The notes: generated by a model not told the origin, from the letters alone. Positions 39,917-49,604 are shown, counted from the stretch's first letter. The stretch: 64,000 nucleotides of DNA from Candidatus Cloacimonadales bacterium (GCA_963674825.1 OY771587.1:3648001-3712000); one strand, 5' to 3'. A program made the numbers and translations.

Positions 39917-40930
39917 CTATTGCTCCTTGTTGCGTTGCGGCATGGTTCTTCGGCCCAGTAGCGACTTTGCCAGGGAGAATCGATAGAATAGTCCTGCCGG
40001 ATCGACGATGCTATCCATAAGCCTTTTCGTCATCGCCTCCGGAATCTCCTCTTCCCCATCCAGCCCAGCGATAGAGCCAATGGCAGAGATCATTTTCGCG
40101 CCTACATCGATCACGCCGTCGATCGGTCCATAGCAGCCGCGACAGGGCATGTTCGCCTTGATGCAGCGTCCTTCTCCGTCATCACCGCAACCGGAACGCG
40201 TCACGGGGCCCATGCAGATTACGCCTTGGGTCAGGAAGCATTTCTCTGGATCGAGCATCACCTCGGAAACACGTTTAAACTCCTTGATGGAGAGCTTTTC
40301 CGGCTTGGTGTCGTTTCGCGGACAGGTATCGCAAAGCGCTTTACTTGGCCCGAGGACGGAACCCTTGGCCGGTAGCTCGCCGCGCAGGATAGTCATAATT
40401 GCGTTCAACGTCAGGTGTGGTGCGGGAGAGCATCCGGGGAGGTAGTAGTCCACCTCGATCACCTGATCGGTCGCCTTGACATCGTCGTGGAATCCGGGCA
40501 GTGTCAGCTTGCCTTCGGGGACTTCGCATTCCTTCAGAGGAATGGTGTTCTGTGGGTTGTCAATGGATGGGCATTTATCGAGATAGGAACTGCGGAAGAT
40601 GGTTTCCCGATCCCAGAAATTGCCCAGTCCCGGAATGCCACCGATCTGCGAACAGGCACCGAACGAGACGATCAGTTGCGCCTTCTGACGTAAGAGCTTC
40701 GCCATGTGCTCCTGCTCATCCGTGCGGATCGCTCCGTTGATGAAGCAGACCGCCATTTCGCCGTCCTTCATGTTCTCCACATCAGAGTATTTGAAGTCCA
40801 TGGCGCAGGGCCAGAAGACAATATCGACCTTCTCCACCACGTCCAGAATCTTCTCGTGCAGGTCAACGATCGCTTCCTCGCAACCACCGCAGGAAGCGCA
40901 CCAGTAAAAACCGATTTTCGGTTTATTCAT
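39917..40930 (-). CDS. mvhG: [NiFe] hydrogenase small subunit (MvhG-type)
   Basis: CASCGGCE, GAC, PGCSP, CDTC, CFL...CMGPVTRSGC...PCRGCYGP. ATG 40930 after GGAGG. Confidence 0.9.
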   Translation of the reverse strand: MNKPKIGFYWCASCGGCEEAIVDLHEKILDVVEKVDIVFWPCAMDFKYSDVENMKDGEMAVCFINGAIRTDEQEHMAKLLRQKAQLIVSFGACSQIGGIPGLGNFWDRETIFRSSYLDKCPSIDNPQNTIPLKECEVPEGKLTLPGFHDDVKATDQVIEVDYYLPGCSPAPHLTLNAIMTILRGELPAKGSVLGPSKALCDTCPRNDTKPEKLSIKEFKRVSEVMLDPEKCFLTQGVICMGPVTRSGCGDDGEGRCIKANMPCRGCYGPIDGVIDVGAKMISAIGSIAGLDGEEEIPEAMTKRLMDSIVDPAGLFYRFSLAKSLLGRRTMPQRNKEQ

Positions 40931-40960
40931 CCAATCCTCCATGGTTCACATTGAAGTTGG

Positions 40961-41383
40961 CTATTCCAGCTCGATTCCAACCTTGGGAAGCGGACCGAGC
41001 CGACGTATTCTTTCTGTAAAATCATTCATCGCGGTTTGGAACTTCTTGCCCTCACTCGCAGAGATCCACTCCAGGTGAAAGCGCTCGGGATCGATACCGA
41101 ACTGCTCCAGCGTTCGCTTGAGCAACATGCTCTTGCGCAAGGTTTTGTAGTTGCCGGACTGATAGTGGCAATCGCCCGGATGGCAGCCGCCGATGAACAC
41201 GCCGTCACAGCCTTCCTTGAATGCCATGAGGATGTGCTGCGGATCCACGCGTGACGAGCATAGCGTCTTGATCGCGATCCCGTTGGGTGGATACTTTAAC
41301 CGGGATGTACCGGCAAGATCAGCACCGGCGTAGGTACACCACTGGCAGAGAAAACAGACGATTTTCGGTTCAAATTTTTCCAT
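40961..41383 (-). CDS. mvhD: Hydrogenase [2Fe-2S] subunit (MvhD-type)
   Basis: FEPKIVCFLCQWCTYAGAD, CSSRVD, GCHPGDCHY, WISASEG. ATG 41383. Confidence 0.93.
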   Translation of the reverse strand: MEKFEPKIVCFLCQWCTYAGADLAGTSRLKYPPNGIAIKTLCSSRVDPQHILMAFKEGCDGVFIGGCHPGDCHYQSGNYKTLRKSMLLKRTLEQFGIDPERFHLEWISASEGKKFQTAMNDFTERIRRLGPLPKVGIELE

Positions 41384-41417
41384 ATTGCACCCTTTTACGC
41401 TGTTCTTCCGTTTGCGC

Positions 41418-41517
41418 GTCATCCTGAGCGGAGTTGAAGGAGACAGGCAAACATTCAATATTATAGAGACTTGTTTGTCGAACTTCTTGTGATCCTTCGA
41501 CTCCACTCAGGATGACA
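41418..41517. repeat. Inverted pair of family C repeats (41418-41441 +, 41493-41517 -)
   Basis: GTCATCCTGAGCGGAGTTGAAGGA ... TCCTTCGACTCCACTCAGGATGACA between hdrA and mvhD. Confidence 0.8.
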
Positions 41518-41533
41518 CAAGAAGCCGCAAATT

Positions 41534-43504
41534 CTATATCTCCGAGACCAGGCTATGGCTCGCGATTACTCGAATCATATTCTCGATCTGCATATCGGTG
41601 AGGTTCTTCTGTTGCGCGGCCCCGGAGGGGCATCCGCTGATGCAGGCTCCACAACCTTCGCACAGAATTTCGTTCACCACCACGATCCCCAAACGCGGAT
41701 CCTTCTCCCGTGCACCATACGGACAGAGACCAACGCAGATTCCGCAGCCGGAGCAATGGTCAGCATCGACCATAGCCACGATCGGGGAATGTTGAATCTC
41801 GTCGTGCGAGAGAAGCGCCAGCACCTTGGCTGCGGTACCGGAAGCCTGCGACACCGAATCCGGGATATCTTTTGGACCCTGGCAAGAACCTGCCAGGAAG
41901 AACCCCGCCTGAAGGCTTTCCACCGGCCTGAGCTTGGGATGCGCTTCGGTAAAGAATCCCGCGCTGTCCGAGCTGATTTTGAGCTCGTGTATCAGCTTGT
42001 CCGTGCCGTAGCTTGGAACCACGCCCATCGCCAGCACCACTAGGTCAGCGTCCACTTCTATGCGCTTGCTTGAAAGAGTGTCGATGCCGAATACGCGCAG
42101 TTGATCGCCGTGTGGATAGATACGCGCCACCTTACCGCGCACATAGACCACCTCCTCTTCGGAGACGGCTTGCTGCACAAATTCCTCGTAGCGCTTTCCT
42201 CCCGCTCTGATATCGATGTAGAACACGTACGGCTGACCGTCGTGAACCTTGTGCTTGTAGAGCTTGGCGTGCTTGAGCGTGTACATACAGCAGAACTTCG
42301 AGCAGTACGGCAGATGCCGCTCTGGATCGCGTGAACCGGAACATTGAATGAAAACAATCTCCTTAGGAACCTTGCCGTCGGACGGCCTTCGTACCTCACC
42401 GGCAGTCGGACCCGTAGCAGAAAGAATACGCTCGAATTGCAGACTGGTGATCACGTCCGGATACTTACCGTAGCCATACTCGGCAATGTTCTCGATCGGA
42501 TAGAGATCGTAACCCGTTGCCAGCACCACCGCACCGACCTTTTCTTTATAGATCGTCGGCTTGGCATCGTAGCTGATGGCCTTGGCATCGCACTTGTCGC
42601 GGCATTTTCCGCACGCAATGGGCTCGAGCCCGAGGCAATTCGCCTCATCCAGGGTGAATGTGGCCGGAATCGCCTGCGGAAACGGCATATAGATCGCCTT
42701 ACGCCATGCGAGACCCTCTTCGTGTTCAGCCGGTACCAGCACCGGACAGGCCGATGCGCAGTCACCGCACATATTACAGATATCGGGGTTCACATAGAGC
42801 GCTTTCTGCTTTACTTTTACCTCGAAGTTGCCGATGAAGCCCTCAATCGAATCCACCTCGCTGTTGACGTAGAGTTTTATATTCTTGTTCTTGCCCAGTG
42901 CCACCATTTTGGGAGATAGAATGCACTGAGAGCAGTCGAGCGTCGGGAAGGTCTCCGAAAGCTGGATCATGTGACCACCGATGGAGGGCTTTTTCTCCAC
43001 CAGAATCACCTCATAGCCGCCTTCCGCGATATCGAGCGCAGTCTGGATACCCGCGATACCACCTCCGATCACCATCGCGCGCTTGGTCAGCGATGCGGTG
43101 GAAGGAATCAGCGATTCGTTGAGCTTTAGCTTCTCGATAGCGGTCTTGATGACCAGATTCGCCTTACGCGTGGCCATCACACGGTCGGTGTGAACCCAAC
43201 TGCATTGCTCGCGGATGTTGGCGATCTCGAGTTGGTATTTGTTCAGGCCCGATTCTTCCAGAACGTTCTGGAAGGTTGATTCGTGCAGCACGGGTGAGCA
43301 TGCCGCCACGACGATCCCCTCCAGGAATTTATCCTGAATTGCTTGCTTGATGCGGTTCTGACCGGGATCGGAGCAGAGGAACATATAGTTTTCCACATGC
43401 TCCACGCCGGGATAGTTGGCAATCTGACGGGTGAGCTTCTCCACATCCACGATCTCACCGATATTTACACCGCAGTGACAGATAAATACGCCGATCTTTT
43501 TCAT
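41534..43504 (-). CDS. hdrA: Heterodisulfide reductase subunit A
   Basis: GVFICHCG, ACSP..HE, NIREQCSWVH, GGGIAG FAD motif, ETFPTLDC, YCSKFCCM, four ferredoxin-type Cys motifs. Confidence 0.95.
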   Translation of the reverse strand: MKKIGVFICHCGVNIGEIVDVEKLTRQIANYPGVEHVENYMFLCSDPGQNRIKQAIQDKFLEGIVVAACSPVLHESTFQNVLEESGLNKYQLEIANIREQCSWVHTDRVMATRKANLVIKTAIEKLKLNESLIPSTASLTKRAMVIGGGIAGIQTALDIAEGGYEVILVEKKPSIGGHMIQLSETFPTLDCSQCILSPKMVALGKNKNIKLYVNSEVDSIEGFIGNFEVKVKQKALYVNPDICNMCGDCASACPVLVPAEHEEGLAWRKAIYMPFPQAIPATFTLDEANCLGLEPIACGKCRDKCDAKAISYDAKPTIYKEKVGAVVLATGYDLYPIENIAEYGYGKYPDVITSLQFERILSATGPTAGEVRRPSDGKVPKEIVFIQCSGSRDPERHLPYCSKFCCMYTLKHAKLYKHKVHDGQPYVFYIDIRAGGKRYEEFVQQAVSEEEVVYVRGKVARIYPHGDQLRVFGIDTLSSKRIEVDADLVVLAMGVVPSYGTDKLIHELKISSDSAGFFTEAHPKLRPVESLQAGFFLAGSCQGPKDIPDSVSQASGTAAKVLALLSHDEIQHSPIVAMVDADHCSGCGICVGLCPYGAREKDPRLGIVVVNEILCEGCGACISGCPSGAAQQKNLTDMQIENMIRVIASHSLVSEI

Positions 43505-44394
43505 GATCTCACCTCCGGAAGCAATCCCTTCTCGCGTAGAAGCGGTCTCGGATCGATTTCATGCAGTTTGACCCACTCTTCGTCCCAGCCTCCGCCCAAC
43601 GCGATGGACATCAGCTCGGTGAAGTAAAACACCGGCATCGTCCTGAACGTGCTGAAAGTCTCCTGCGCAAGCTTCTGACGCTGGTCGAGATTGAACGCGC
43701 ACAATGGACAACTGGTGATGATCGTCTCACAGCCGGTTTCCCAGGCGGAGTTGATCAGCTCGAACGTGCGCTTGGCCGTGACATCCTTTCGGGTGATGGT
43801 CTGATACGCTCCGCAGCATTCCAGCCGATACGGGAATGCGCGACTTTCGGCTCCGAGCGCTTCCAGGAGGTCCTCCATGATGCTGGGATCCTCAAAATCA
43901 TCAATCGCGTATTTCTCGGGACGAACCAGCAGGCAGCCGTAATATGCCCCCACTTTCATCCCTTTCAGCGCGGTGGTCACTTTCTCTTTGACCTTCTCGA
44001 AGGTGATTCGATCGCGCAAGATAGACAGCAGATGCGTGATCTGCACTTTGCCCGTATATTCGATCGGTTCTTTGTACATAAACTGGTTGACCTTGCGCAG
44101 GTTCTCTTTATCTGCATCGATAAAGTCCTTTGCTCGCCGGATGGTATTATAGCACATGCTGCACATCACGGCGAGTTCGTCAATGCCCTGCGATTCGGCC
44201 CTGAGCAGGTTTCGTATGGAAGCGATCTGGAGCATGAGGTCGTCCGTTGTTTGTGAATAGACGGTGCCACAGCAAACCCAGTCCTTCATTTCGGTCATGG
44301 GCATGCCAAGCTTGTCCATCGCACGGATAGCGGATTGCTCGAAGTGGCTCGCGTGGTTTTTCAGTGTACAGCCGGGATAGTATGCAAGATTCAT
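43501..44394 (-). CDS. hdrB: Heterodisulfide reductase subunit B
   Basis: Two CCG domains: YYPGC...CCG...CSMC and YYGC...CCG...CPLC. Confidence 0.93.
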   Translation of the reverse strand: MNLAYYPGCTLKNHASHFEQSAIRAMDKLGMPMTEMKDWVCCGTVYSQTTDDLMLQIASIRNLLRAESQGIDELAVMCSMCYNTIRRAKDFIDADKENLRKVNQFMYKEPIEYTGKVQITHLLSILRDRITFEKVKEKVTTALKGMKVGAYYGCLLVRPEKYAIDDFEDPSIMEDLLEALGAESRAFPYRLECCGAYQTITRKDVTAKRTFELINSAWETGCETIITSCPLCAFNLDQRQKLAQETFSTFRTMPVFYFTELMSIALGGGWDEEWVKLHEIDPRPLLREKGLLPEVRS

Positions 44395-44409
44395 AACGTA
44401 CCTCTCCTT

Positions 44410-44817
44410 TTACCCGGATAGTTTGCGGAACACACTCACCAGAACAATCGGCGGTACGTCCTTGAGGTCTTCATCGCTGACGGATGTCGGCTCGATAACG
44501 CCGATCCGCTGGCGCAGATTGATGGTTCGGGCAGCTTCCATAACGCGTGAAACGTCGATTCCCTTGGGGCATCTGCTGGAGCATTGCAGGCAGGTGGAGC
44601 AGATCCAGATCGTCTCGGACTTCAAAATCTCGTCGATAGCGCCGAGTTGCGCCAGGCGCAAGACCTGGTTTGGTTTGATGTCCATGTATTCCACCACCGC
44701 GCATCCGGACGAGCAGTTGCCGCACTGGTAGCAATCGAACACGTTCTGCCCGCTGAGTTCCTGCAATTTCTGCAAGAGCGGATTACGCATCTTCTGGCGG
44801 GATATTACATATCGCAT
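44410..44817 (-). CDS. hdrC: Heterodisulfide reductase subunit C
   Basis: CYQCGNCSSGC and WICSTCLQCSSRCP. Confidence 0.92.
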   Translation of the reverse strand: MRYVISRQKMRNPLLQKLQELSGQNVFDCYQCGNCSSGCAVVEYMDIKPNQVLRLAQLGAIDEILKSETIWICSTCLQCSSRCPKGIDVSRVMEAARTINLRQRIGVIEPTSVSDEDLKDVPPIVLVSVFRKLSG

Positions 44818-44818
44818 G

Positions 44819-45355
44819 CTATTCCCCCTTATACTGATAGCCCGTATCGAGGGCCTTCATGTTCAATTCCAGAAATTTTTTCGGTACCGATTTCGCCACC
44901 GCCTTCTGCATTGCTTTAAAGGTACAGACATTCGCCTGTGCGACGGCGAAACCGAGCATCACGATGTTGGCGACGATCTTCTTGCCGAGTTCTTCCGCGA
45001 TTCGAGTCGCCGGAATGGCCTTGGCGTTGACGCGCGAATGATCCTGTATGTCCTTCACCAGATCCGTGTCATAGAGCAGGATACCGCCATCCTTGAGGTG
45101 CGGATAGAAGGTGTTGTAGCCTTCCTGCGATAGTGCCAGAAGCACATCGGAAGTATCAACGAGCGGGTAATCGACTTCGATATCCGAGATGACCACCTGT
45201 GAACTGCATGCACCGCCACGAGCCTCTGGCCCGTACGCCTGGGTCATGGAGGCATTCTTTCTATCATGGATCGACGCCGCTTCGCCCAATATATAGGAAG
45301 AGAGGATAATTCCCTGACCGCCGAAACCGCTGATTTTCACACGTAAGTCTTTCAC
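44819..45355 (-). CDS. korC: 2-oxoacid:ferredoxin oxidoreductase gamma subunit
   Basis: GFGGQG, YGPEARGG, ANIVMLG. Substrate not determinable from sequence. Confidence 0.88.
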   Translation of the reverse strand: MKDLRVKISGFGGQGIILSSYILGEAASIHDRKNASMTQAYGPEARGGACSSQVVISDIEVDYPLVDTSDVLLALSQEGYNTFYPHLKDGGILLYDTDLVKDIQDHSRVNAKAIPATRIAEELGKKIVANIVMLGFAVAQANVCTFKAMQKAVAKSVPKKFLELNMKALDTGYQYKGE

Positions 45356-46221
45356 AAGTTCCTCCAGTACTCGTTTTCGCGGTCGAGTTCCTCTTTGATA
45401 CCGATCTGAACATTTTCCCAGAAGGTCGGCTTATCGATATTCACGAAGTTACCACAAACGATTTCGCCGCTCATATCAAGCGGGATATTTGTCGGGTCGG
45501 CATTGTGGTCGATCACCGAACGTTCTTTGAATTCCTTCAGCAGGTCGAGCCCGGTACCGCCTTTGTTCTTGCGCGCGAAGACGGTCGGACATGGCGAAAC
45601 AACCTCGATGAAGCAGAATCCTCGCTTCTTCGCGGCGGTTGCAATCGAATCAGAGAGCCTGCGAACATGCAGCGCGGTCCACCTGGCAACATAAGAGGCA
45701 CCCGCGGCCGCGGCCAGGCCGCAAAGATTGAACGGATGCTCGTAGTTACCGTAGGGAGCGGTGGAGCTGTGCGCCATCAGTGGCGTGGTGGGCGCTGTCT
45801 GGCCCCCCGTCATGCCGTAGATGAAGTTGTTCACACAGATAACGTTGATATCCACGTTCCGGCGCGCTGCGTGGATCAGATGGTTGCCGCCGATCGCGAA
45901 AAGATCGCCATCGCCTGAGAAAACAAACACGTTGAGATCGCGGTTGGCGAGTTTCAAGCCTGTCGCGAAGGGAATCGCCCTTCCGTGTGTGGTATGGTAG
46001 GAATCGAGGTTGATATAGCCAGCGACGCGGCCCGTGCATCCGATGCCGGACACCACTGCGACCTTGTCGAAATCCACCTCCGCTTTCTTCAGTCCATCCA
46101 CGAATGCTGTGACATCCGAACCCAATCCGCAGGATGAACACCAGATGTGCGGCATGCGGTCCATACGGAGAAGCTTCTCCATGGGGTGTTGGCGTTCTGG
46201 TAATTTCTGTATATCACTCAT
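45352..46221 (-). CDS. korB: 2-oxoacid:ferredoxin oxidoreductase beta subunit (TPP-binding)
   Basis: WCSSCG, SGIGC, HGRA, GDGD...NNFIYGMTGGQ, SPCP. Confidence 0.9.
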   Translation of the reverse strand: MSDIQKLPERQHPMEKLLRMDRMPHIWCSSCGLGSDVTAFVDGLKKAEVDFDKVAVVSGIGCTGRVAGYINLDSYHTTHGRAIPFATGLKLANRDLNVFVFSGDGDLFAIGGNHLIHAARRNVDINVICVNNFIYGMTGGQTAPTTPLMAHSSTAPYGNYEHPFNLCGLAAAAGASYVARWTALHVRRLSDSIATAAKKRGFCFIEVVSPCPTVFARKNKGGTGLDLLKEFKERSVIDHNADPTNIPLDMSGEIVCGNFVNIDKPTFWENVQIGIKEELDRENEYWRNL

Positions 46222-47368
46222 AAGCCACCTCTTCTATGGCTTTGCAAACCACGTTGAAATCGTGAATTCCTCCGCCGGGATGCGGCACGGATTTGACAGA
46301 TGCCCACTTGATCGCGCAGCGTTCCACCTCAAGCACCATCTGGCCCATGTTCAGTTCCGGTACAACGAAGCCCTTCACCTTCTGCGCCAGTTCGCGGATT
46401 CTCTTTTCCGGGAACGGCCAGGCGGTGATCAGCCGCAGGAGCCCGACCTTGATGCCCTTTTTCTTCGCCTTTTCGATGGCCGGCACCACGGTTCGCGCCG
46501 TGATTCCGTATGCGACCACGATCACGTCGGCCCCATCGGTGTCGCGCTCTTCCAGTAGGATGATGTCGTCCGCTTGATCTTTGATCTTGTTGATCAGACG
46601 CGGAACCAGTTCGAGCTGACACTCCTCGGTCATCACTGGGTAGCCTCGTTCGTCATGTGTGAGGCCGGTAGTATGGTAGCGATAGCCGTCACCGGCCTTC
46701 GCGAAATCCGGTACCATGTTCTCACCCACCTCATAAGGATTGTATTCGCCGGGCTTCTTCGTCGTGTAGCGCCGGTTAAAGATATCGATCTCATCGACGT
46801 TCGGGACGATCACCTTTTCAGTCATATGACCCACGATGGCATCGGAGAGGACGAATACCGGCAAGCGGTACTTCTCGGCGTAGTTGAACGCGACAATGGT
46901 GAGGTCGAACATCTCCTGGGGCGATTTGGGGCAAAGCGCGATGGTCATGTAATCGCCGTGCGATCCCCAGCGTGCCTGCATCATGTCCGATTGCCCCCAC
47001 AGCGTCGGAAGTCCGGTACTCGGACCACCACGCTGGACGTTGACAATAACGCATGGCGCTTCCATCATCATGCCCAAGCCGATGTTCTCCAGTTTCAGAG
47101 AGATTCCCGGACCGGAGGTTGCCGTCATCGATTTGACACCGGCCCATGAAGCACCCAGGATGCTCGCCATGGAGGCGATTTCATCCTCGAATTGGACGAA
47201 CACGCCGTCCAGAAGCGGGAGCCGGTAGGCCATACGTTCAGCAATCTCGGAAGCAGGGGTGATAGGATACCCACCGAAGAACCTGCAACCTGCCGTTACA
47301 GCGCCTTCTGCGCAGGCGATATCGCCCTGCATAAAGAATTCACCGTGTAACTTGCTTTTTTTAAACAC
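46214..47368 (-). CDS. korA: 2-oxoacid:ferredoxin oxidoreductase alpha subunit
   Basis: GYPITPASE, EDEIAS, TSGPG, QRGGPSTGLPT, ELNMGQ. Confidence 0.9.
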   Translation of the reverse strand: MFKKSKLHGEFFMQGDIACAEGAVTAGCRFFGGYPITPASEIAERMAYRLPLLDGVFVQFEDEIASMASILGASWAGVKSMTATSGPGISLKLENIGLGMMMEAPCVIVNVQRGGPSTGLPTLWGQSDMMQARWGSHGDYMTIALCPKSPQEMFDLTIVAFNYAEKYRLPVFVLSDAIVGHMTEKVIVPNVDEIDIFNRRYTTKKPGEYNPYEVGENMVPDFAKAGDGYRYHTTGLTHDERGYPVMTEECQLELVPRLINKIKDQADDIILLEERDTDGADVIVVAYGITARTVVPAIEKAKKKGIKVGLLRLITAWPFPEKRIRELAQKVKGFVVPELNMGQMVLEVERCAIKWASVKSVPHPGGGIHDFNVVCKAIEEVAYE

Positions 47369-47642
47369 TTCTGCCCTCCCTCTCGCAATCCGCCTGCACG
47401 ATGAATATCGCGAAATCTGGGCAGATCATTTCGCACAGGCCACAATAAGTGCATTGTTCGGAATGTGCAGTTATGGGAGGATGATAACCTTTTTGATTGA
47501 ACGCTGTCGAAAATTCCAGAACCTTGCGAGGACAGAATTCAATACAGTAACCGCAACCCTTGCATCGCTCCGACAGGATAACGACCTCGCCGGCGACAAT
47601 TTGAGGCTTTGGTTGTCCAAAAGGAGTTTCCCAGTACTTCAT
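47361..47642 (-). CDS. korD: 2-oxoacid:ferredoxin oxidoreductase delta subunit (2[4Fe-4S])
   Basis: CKGCGYCIEFCP and CTYCGLCEMICPDFAI. Confidence 0.88.
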   Translation of the reverse strand: MKYWETPFGQPKPQIVAGEVVILSERCKGCGYCIEFCPRKVLEFSTAFNQKGYHPPITAHSEQCTYCGLCEMICPDFAIFIVQADCEREGRSV

Positions 47643-48006
47643 GAAATTCTCCTGAATGATAAGTACGTGTTTTTCGATGGTAACCGTGCTTGTGAATTGG
47701 ATTGATAACCTGTTGAACGTACATGTCTGACAAAAGACAACCTTTATTTCTATTTAGTGTTTTTAATGTCAATTCACTGTAACGTACTGGGAGCAGGATC
47801 ATAAAGGATGATCCCCAAAGTTCTTAAGGCTGAGAGTTGATGAATCTGAAGAAAGTTGTCAAATTTTTTCTGCTTGCTTAATTCTGATTCGGATTCAGTT
47901 ATAGCCTTATCTTACGTCACTCACGAAAGATACGGCGTTCATGAAAATATGAAATATGTTCAGGAGCGTAGCATGCAATTGTCTTAACTTGCCGGAATTT
48001 ACTCGT

Positions 48007-48705
48007 CTATAACCCAAGCTGCCGTGCTGTCCTTTCCAGGAGTCCGTCTACGACAACCCCGACCAGGCCAATCAGGATCACACACCGAACCATCTGTGGA
48101 TAGGCAAGTATAAACCGGTAATCGAGCAGCCTGAAACCGATACCATCTTGCACGCCAAGCATTTCCGCCGCTATTACAGCCGTCCATCCCACGCCCCACA
48201 GGATACGAAAGAGATTTACCAGATTCGCTCTCAATATCGGAAGTTCAACATGCCAGAAGACATCCAGTTGGTTTGCACCGCAGATCATCGCTTCGTCAAT
48301 ATACTCCGGCGGCACGGTCACGAACATCTCGTAGACCATCAGGATTCCCGTGAACACCAGCGCGATGACCATCACAGAGTAAAGCGGCGGTTCACCGATC
48401 CCGAACCAGATGATTGCGAACGGAAGCCATACGTAGGGCGATATGTGTCGGATGAAGTTGATTGATGGCATCAGCATCCTGCGAATTGTTTGAGAGCCGT
48501 GCATCATCTTGCCGACCAGAATGCTCAGCAGCCACGAAATAGTGACAGTAATTGTTACGCGCGCGAGGGTTGTCGCGAGATCGCGGAGTAGCTGCTGCAA
48601 ATCCATGCGCGAGGTAAAGATGCTCATTGGCTTTATCCCGACGCTATATGACAGGAGTAGCAGGATACCCAGAAGCAATATATAACCTGCGATTCGCTTC
48701 ATCAC
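48007..48705 (-). CDS. ABC transporter permease, NitT/TauT/SsuC family
   Basis: PFAIIWFGIGE, EAA-like loop EAMICGA, VIAAEML...GIG. Confidence 0.88.
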   Translation of the reverse strand: MMKRIAGYILLLGILLLLSYSVGIKPMSIFTSRMDLQQLLRDLATTLARVTITVTISWLLSILVGKMMHGSQTIRRMLMPSINFIRHISPYVWLPFAIIWFGIGEPPLYSVMVIALVFTGILMVYEMFVTVPPEYIDEAMICGANQLDVFWHVELPILRANLVNLFRILWGVGWTAVIAAEMLGVQDGIGFRLLDYRFILAYPQMVRCVILIGLVGVVVDGLLERTARQLGL

Positions 48706-49604
48706 TCGCCCAGGTTCACGTATACTTCGTCCGGCTCGACGGTTCGTTCAAGGTAACCGCTGTGTTGCATGGCGTCGGCAGCTATCTTCTCAAAATGCTT
48801 GCCTGCATCTTCCAAGTCGCAGTCATAGCAGGTGTGATCAAGCGAGCCTTGCAGGTAGGGTAGTTCGACGTCAAAGTATCGTCCCGCAAACTCCGCGAGA
48901 TGGGTTGAATCTTCGTCCATCTGTCGGATGCTGTGCAGAATCCCGGCCTTGAGTTCGCGCAGAGCCTGCTTTTTCGTATCGAGCGCGGCTGTGTGAATCG
49001 CCAAATCGCAGCAAGGATGCTCCGGGAAATAGTCGCTATACCATGCCACGATGTGGAAGTCCTCGCCCAGCTTGAAGATCGGCGGTACGTAGAAACTTAG
49101 CGCGTCCACCTCGCCCGATTGCAGCGCAGCCGCCATCTCGATCGGTGATCGGAACGGCACCAGCGACCACCCGAGTTGTTCCTGTTCCGAGAGCATCCTA
49201 GCGAAGATATCCAGCGTCGAGGCACGCAGCACACCGATACGTGCGTCCTTCAACGACGCCAGATCGGGATGATTCCGTCCGGTTACGATGCCATCGCTTT
49301 CACGCTCCAGGAACGACAGCACTCTCACGGGTAGTCCGCGCGAAACGTCCGTCCAGGCGTAGGTAAACGGCATGATTGCTGCGTCGAGCTTACCGTTGAC
49401 AAGCGCTTCGTTCGTCTCCCAGCCTGAGCTGAAATAGTGCAGTTCCACCGCAGTCGAATCGATAATCCCATTCTCGAGCCCGTAGAGCACCGGCAGGTGG
49501 TTCATCGAAGGCCGGATCAGTCCCAGTCGGATTTTCTCCGTCTCCTTCGCGCACGATACCAGCAGAATGACCGCCATCACGACGATCGTCAATCTCTTCA
49601 TCAT
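48702..49604 (-). CDS. ABC transporter substrate-binding lipoprotein, SsuA/NMT1-like
   Basis: LVSC lipobox. ALVNGKLDAA, LKDARIGV...ST, ALQSGEVDA, HPCC. Confidence 0.85.
   Translation of the reverse strand: MMKRLTIVVMAVILLVSCAKETEKIRLGLIRPSMNHLPVLYGLENGIIDSTAVELHYFSSGWETNEALVNGKLDAAIMPFTYAWTDVSRGLPVRVLSFLERESDGIVTGRNHPDLASLKDARIGVLRASTLDIFARMLSEQEQLGWSLVPFRSPIEMAAALQSGEVDALSFYVPPIFKLGEDFHIVAWYSDYFPEHPCCDLAIHTAALDTKKQALRELKAGILHSIRQMDEDSTHLAEFAGRYFDVELPYLQGSLDHTCYDCDLEDAGKHFEKIAADAMQHSGYLERTVEPDEVYVNLGE

Noticed and set aside
41384..41506. N-terminal extension of MvhD in the ORF track (similarly for dtd, tetR, the PilP-like gene, Gfo and DUF4932)
   Set aside because: The extensions run through repeats, promoters or upstream genes. 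Downstream ATGs with an SD or translational coupling match the expected family N-termini.
37891..43504. Selenocysteine recoding in HdrA/MvhD/MvhA
   Set aside because: All expected positions are Cys in uninterrupted ORFs, with no in-frame TGA.
47690..47708. TTGTGAATTGGATTGATAA upstream of korD as a Rex operator
   Set aside because: One good half-site only. The spacer is 5 rather than 4 nt and the other half has two mismatches.
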